A stretch of 64,000 nucleotides of DNA, taken from contig OZ024740.1 in assembly GCA_964016885.1 (NCBI GenBank), forward strand, positions 26,784,001 to 26,848,000. The letters are read 5' to 3'. Positions within the stretch are counted from its first letter, which is position 1; each line of letters begins with the position of its first letter. The stretch is from Eledone cirrhosa (taxonomy: Eukaryota). Positions 58,530 to 64,000 of the stretch are shown here, piece by piece. Made by a program: the position numbers and the translations under genes. The notes beneath the pieces were generated by a model. The model saw only the letters and a program-made list of their open reading frames with translations. It was not told the origin of the DNA and made no database searches.

Positions 58530-58532
<3 letters not shown>
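58429..58532. mobile_element. Half-hammerhead hairpin family copy (hairpin only)
   Basis: Arms ggaaaaagtatgac..ccgtttcg / cgaaacggc..gtcatactttttcc; in (TA)n. Confidence 0.75.
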
Positions 58533-58579
<47 letters not shown>

Positions 58580-58804
58580 ATATATTAATAAGAGGAATTC
58601 CAACTTTGTCTGATTTACTGGTTTTATTTACAATCCTTTAAAATTTATAATGGTATTATAATGAAATAGTATGATAGAATATTAAATGTTAAGTGTTAAT
58701 TGAACAGTACTTTCATGCTTTCGCAATCTTCAGGTTCATAATGTGTGGTGACAGTCAAGTTTGCAATTTTCAACACAGTTGAAAATTGTAAAGTTATATA
58801 TATA

Positions 58805-58840
<36 letters not shown>

Positions 58841-59109
58841 AGTGGTGTTGGTGTTCATTGGTGTTTTTGTACGTTTATGCTACTACAAAATGCTTGTATA
58901 GTGTTTATATGATTTCTCTCTTCATGTAATTATTTCTCATTCACTAAACTCCAATATGTAAAATAGGTATGTTTGTTATTTCTTTGAATTAATGTTACAT
59001 TAACCATTTATCCTTACTCTATATGTCAAAAGCTAACTCCAATGTGATTCCATCTCCTAAATTAGGCAACCCACTCACAATATTTCGTTTGTTAAGTACC
59101 TAAGCTGCT

Positions 59110-59400
59110 GCTTCTTCTTCTTCTTCTTCTTCTTCTTCTTCTTCTTCTTCTTCTTCTTCTTCTTCTTCTTCTTCTTCTTCTTCTTCTTCTTCTTCTTCTT
59201 CTTCTTCTTCTTCTTCTTCTTCTTCTTCATTGCTCAGTAGATCGTGTTGGCAGAGTCCTCAAGCACCCCTCCAACTGGCTCCAGTTGATCCGGCTTACTT
59301 CCTAAGCGAGACCAGTCGGTCTCATGGATGTCATCTAACTACCATGCTCGGGCTTACACCTGCGTCTCCTGCAGGTTCGTTTGGCCTGTAAAATTTGTCC
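59110..59400 (-). mobile_element. RTE-like LINE 3' end with long (GAA)n tail
   Basis: Similar to 1497-1660 (ttagatgacatccat..tgaggactctgcc), ending in expanded (GAA)n. Confidence 0.6.
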
Positions 59401-59927
59401 AGCGATTCTTTATTTACACGTAATATCGGAGCTATGAAACCTCAATTTGGAGAAAAAGCGGCCGGTAACAACAACATCGTCTGATTTATATGTAGTGCAT
59501 CTGGGAGCGACGATTAACCCTCTGATCTGAGTTAATTAAGTTAATTAAATGCTCAAATGTGGCAAGACATCTGGAAAGGATGAAATACGGCCCGAGGTTT
59601 TAAAAGTCTTAGAGTAGGTATTCTGTAGCTGACTCGTGCGTAGATGAAGGCTTAGTGTTTAGACCATTGGGCTTGCAATAGAAAGTATGTGAGTTCAATT
59701 CTCGGACCGGGCGATGTGTTGTTTTCTTGAGCAAGACACTTTATTTCACTTTGCTCCAGTTTACTTAGCTGAAGAAATGAGATGATAGGACTGGGGTCCC
59801 TATCATTAAATCACCCAAGACACCTCCAACGAGATATACCTTGAAGGAGGCCAGCTACTCCTGCGTAGGTGTGAGCTGTCACACACACACACCTATACAC
59901 ACACACACACACACAGACACACACTCA

Positions 59928-60100
59928 CATTTATAGAGGAAGCTTTCTGTTAACCCTTCCCGGTAAAGTCTACGATAAGTGTCTGGCAAAGAAATGTAAA
60001 GATATTGTCTCGTCCAAGCTGGTGAAGGGTGTGGTTATCGCCCCAACGCAGCACAGCCGACCAAATATTCACACCACAGTAAGTGTTTGAGGAATGAAAG
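59928..60100 (+). mobile_element. RTE-like LINE RT fragment
   Basis: YRGSFLLTLPGKVYDKCLAKKCKDIV..STADQIFT, homologous to the 38367-38720 region. Confidence 0.7.
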
Positions 60101-60692
60101 CGCCTTCCATGGGAGCTGTTGTGAAGGGCTGTGCAGGAGTGTGAGGTCAAATGACAGCTTTTAGCTTCCTTCTTGTCACTATAAGGATACTCTCTAATAT
60201 TTAACCGATTTGTACATAATGTATGTAGAAAGGTGTGGAGCCAATCAGCGAGGAGGAGGACTAGGGGCGGGGAGTGGGGGCAGCAGGATGAGGATGAAGA
60301 GGGGTTGGCGGATGAGAAGGAGGAGGAGGGGGACGACGAGAAAGAGGGGGAGCAGGAGGAGAAGGAGGAGATGGAGGAGCAGGAGGAGATGGAGGAGAGG
60401 GGAGGAGAATGATGAGGAGGAGAAGGAGGAGATTCAGGCGGGGACGAGGGGTGTCAGGAGGAGAAAGAGGACGACGACGAGAATTAGGAGGAGGAGGAGT
60501 AGGCGGAGTAGGAGGATGAGGGGAGTATGAGGAGGAGGAGGATGAGGACGAGAAGGAGGAGGGCAGGAGGAGGAGGAGCAGGAGGGAGAGGGTATTAATG
60601 ATGGTGTTGTTGATTATGATGGTGATGATGATGGTGATTACGATAGGATAATAATTGTGATGTTATTTCTCTTTCTATTTCATATTTTCCAG

Positions 60693-60914
60693 GTGTTGCC
60701 GTCTAACTTCCCTCGTAGACAGACAGACAGACAGACTTACATACAGACAGACAGACAGACATACACACAGGCAGACACGCATACAGACACACAGACAGAC
60801 ACACAGACACACAGACAGACACACAGAGAGACATACAGACAGACATACATACACACATACAGACAGACAGACAGACAGATAGACAGACAGACACATAGAC
60901 AGACAGGCAGACAT

Positions 60915-60949
<35 letters not shown>

Positions 60950-60950
60950 T

Positions 60951-60981
<31 letters not shown>

Positions 60982-61118
60982 CACAGACATACACACAGAC
61001 ACACAGACAGACACACAGACATACAGACAGACAGACACAGAGACAGAGAGAGAGACACACAGACAGACAGACAACCAGTCCGACCAACCAGAATAAACCA
61101 GAACAAACAGCCAATAAG
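60693..61118 (+). CDS. Candidate phase 0-0 exon containing an in-frame (CAGA)n-type repeat
   Basis: Polypyrimidine acceptor ttttccag|GTG, donor AAG|gtaac, 426 bp open frame [30 protein letters not shown]. Confidence 0.3.
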
Positions 61119-61206
61119 GTAACACCTATTACCGCACTTCGATATTCATTCCATGCCTTAACGAAACACATTCACTCATCCCTGAACTACATATATCCAG
61201 GGTTTC

Positions 61207-62813
61207 AGTGTGTGTGTGAGCATCTGTGTGTGTATGTGGGCATATGTGTGTGTGTGTGTGCGCATATGTGTGTGTATGTGCGCATATGTGTGTGTGTGTG
61301 TGAGCATCTGTGTGTGAGAGCATATGTGTGAGCATCTGTGTGTGTGTGACGTCAGTGTGTGTGTGAGCATATGTGTGTGTGTGAGCTTCAGTGTGTGTGT
61401 GAGCATGTGTGTGTGTGTGAGCATCTGTGTGTGTGTGAGCATCTGTGTGTCTGTGAGCATCTCTGTGTGTGTGTGAGCATATGTGTGTGTGTGAGCATCC
61501 GTGTGAGTGTGTGTGAGAGCATCAGTGTGTATGTGTGTGAGCATATGTGTGTGTGTGAGCATCAGTGTGTGTGTGAGCATCAGTGTATGTGTGAGCATCA
61601 GTGTGTGTGTGAGCATCTGTGTGTCTGTGAGCATATGTGTGTGTGTGTGAGCATATGTGTCTGTGAGCATATGTGTGTGTGTGTGTGAGCATCAGTGTGT
61701 GTCTGTGTGAGCATTTGTGTGTGTGTGAGCATCTGTGTGCGTGTAAGCATATCTGTGCGTGTGAGCATCTGTATGTGTGTGAGCATCTGTGTGTATGTGA
61801 GCATCTCTGTGTGTGTGTGAGCATATGTGTGTGTGTGAGCATCTGTATGTGTGTGAGCATCTGTGTGTGTATGTGAGCATCTGTGTGTGTGTGTGAGCAT
61901 ATGTGTGTGTGTGAGCATCTGTGTGTGTGTGAGAGCATATGTGTGTGTGTGTGTGAGCATCAGTGTGTGTGTGTGTGCATCTGTGTGTGTGTGAGCATCT
62001 GTGTATGTGTGTGTGAGCATTTGTGTGTGTTTGTGTGAGCATCAGTGTGTGTGTGAGCATCTGTGGATGTGTGAGCATCAGTGTGTATGTGAGCATCTGT
62101 GTGTGTGTGAGCATCAGTGTGTGTGTGAGCATATGTGTGTGTCTGAGCATCAGTGTGTATGTGTGTGTGCGCATCTATGTGTGTGTGAGCATCAGTGTGT
62201 GTGTGTGAGCCTCTGTGTATGTGTGAGCATATGTGTGTGTGTGTGTGTGTGTGAGCATCTGTGTATGTGTGAGCATCAGTGTGTGTGTGAGTATCTGTGT
62301 GCGCATCTGTGTGTGTGTGAGCATCAGTGTGTGTGTGAGCATCAGTGTGTGTGTGAGCATCAGTGTGTGTGTGCGCATCTGTATATGTGTGTGTGAGCAT
62401 CAATGTGTGTGAGCATATATGTGTGTGTGAGCATATGTGTGTGTGTGAGCATCAGTGTGTGTGTGAGCATATGTGTTTGTCTGAGCATCAGTGTGTGTGT
62501 GTGTGAGCATCAGTGTATGTGTTAGCATCAGTGTGTGTGTGAGCAGCTGTGTGTGTGTGAGCATCTGTGTGTGTGTGTGTGAGCATCAGTGTGTGTGTGA
62601 GCATATGTGTGTGTGTGAGCGTCTGTGTGTGTGTGTGTGTGTCAGCATCAGTGTGTGTGTGTGTGCATATGTGTGTGTGTGAGCATCTGTGTGTGCGTGT
62701 GTGAACATCAGTGTGTGTGTGAGCATCTGTGTGGGCATCAGTGTGTGTGTGAGCATATGTGTGTGTGTGAGCATCTGTGTGTGTGTGTGTAAGCATCAGT
62801 GTGTGTGTGTGTG
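61207..62813. repeat. Compound satellite gagcat(c/a)(a/t)(GT)n
   Basis: ~1.6 kb of ~18-22 bp units. Confidence 0.95.
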
Positions 62814-63349
62814 AAAGGGAGAAAGAGAGAGCGGGAAAGAAACTGCATATAGATGAAGGAGCAGTTTAGATGATGTGTGTGTGGGGGGGGGGGTCCATAC
62901 AAAACATATAAGAATACACCCCCCCCCCCCCATTTTATATATCATATTTAGCTTAGCGCAAGTAATTGGATTTGAAATGAAAAGTTATACAAAAAGGTAT
63001 ACAAGGGCGGTGCCCCAGCATGACCTCACCGGATGGCTGAAACGAGTAAAAGAGAAAGAGAGTATACATGTATTAAATTCAAACATACTTACCAGCCTAA
63101 ATCTATAAAGCCCACTGCAGGGGACACGGGACAATTGACACTGCCCCCCCCCCCCCCCCCCATTAAATCCGGCCATACATATATCATGCCAAACACTCAA
63201 CAAAACTTCCATATATTTATATCTCCTCATATTCATTGTTTCACTGCATCAAATACAATTGTTTGTATTTTTCCTTTCTTTACTATTTCGTAGATTATTA
63301 TTTAAACATTTAAAACTATAACCCTGCGTGTAGTTTTTTTTTTATTTTG

Positions 63350-63722
63350 GAGGAGGGGAAAGTCGATTAAACGACCCCAGTGTGTTATTGGTACTTTATT
63401 TTATCGACCTCGTAAGAATGAAAGGTAAAACTAAACTCGGCGGGATTTGAACTCAGAACGCATAACACTATGCTGCAAAGCATGGTGTTTGACGCTCTAT
63501 CGATACTGCTAACCCACCGCGCTAACTCCGCGTGTAATAATTGTTTCTATTTTGTGGCACAAGGCCACCAATTATCCAGTGCATTACTGGTACTTTATTT
63601 TATCGACCTTGTAAGGATGAAAGGCAAAGTTAACCTCGGTGGGATTTGAACTCAGACCGTAAAGGGACGTAACTATGCTGAAAAGCATGATGTCCGACCC
63701 TCTATCAATCCACCACCCGCGT
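63350..63722 (-). mobile_element. Two tandem SINE family A copies
   Basis: Two successive ctggtactttattttatcgacc..aaaggcaaagttaacctcgg..gatttgaactcag units. Confidence 0.8.
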
Positions 63723-64000
63723 GTAATAATTACTACAAATACACATATAGTGATTAGTCATATTACAGAAGTCTTTAATTTAGAGATAAGACTGATGTCA
63801 CAACCCATGCATTTGATATGAGCTAACTTCACTCAACTAAGCATCTAGAATTAGTTTTCAAGACGAGATTGACGTCTAAAAATCCGCTAGGGCCGGTCCG
63901 GTGATTATCCCGGTTTCCATGGTGTGAAGTGAGCGAAAGTACAAGATTTTCTCCTGAATAGGACGCTAGTTCATCGCAGGGTTAAACCAACAATAATTAC

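Overview
AT-rich eukaryotic genomic DNA, almost certainly intronic/intergenic. The extreme (TA)n/(CA)n/(CATA)n/(GAA)n load and the tRNA-derived SINEs resemble a coleoid cephalopod such as Octopus (inference). Nearly all listed ORFs are microsatellite artefacts. Real coding remnants are: two Penelope-like retroelements (PLEs; RT + C-terminal GIY-YIG; 9667-12620 minus, ~19250-23955 plus), a decayed Chapaev3-type DNA transposon (15402-18181) carrying a nested piggyBac-type MITE, a non-autonomous Helitron and a SINE, RTE-like LINE fragments, and two or three candidate host exons. The standout signal is a dense population of short non-coding elements inserted in (TA)n tracts. They carry type I hammerhead-ribozyme (HHR) motifs (CTGANGA...GAAA...NTH) and are arranged as palindromes/inverted repeats, or as direct-repeat-bounded ~560-700 bp retrozyme-like monomers. 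Inversion breakpoints often fall at or inside the ribozyme. One multi-copy family keeps only the GAAAC-stemIII-GTC half of a hammerhead, duplicated as a hairpin. All alignments, structures and coordinates were read by eye, so edges may be off by several bases.
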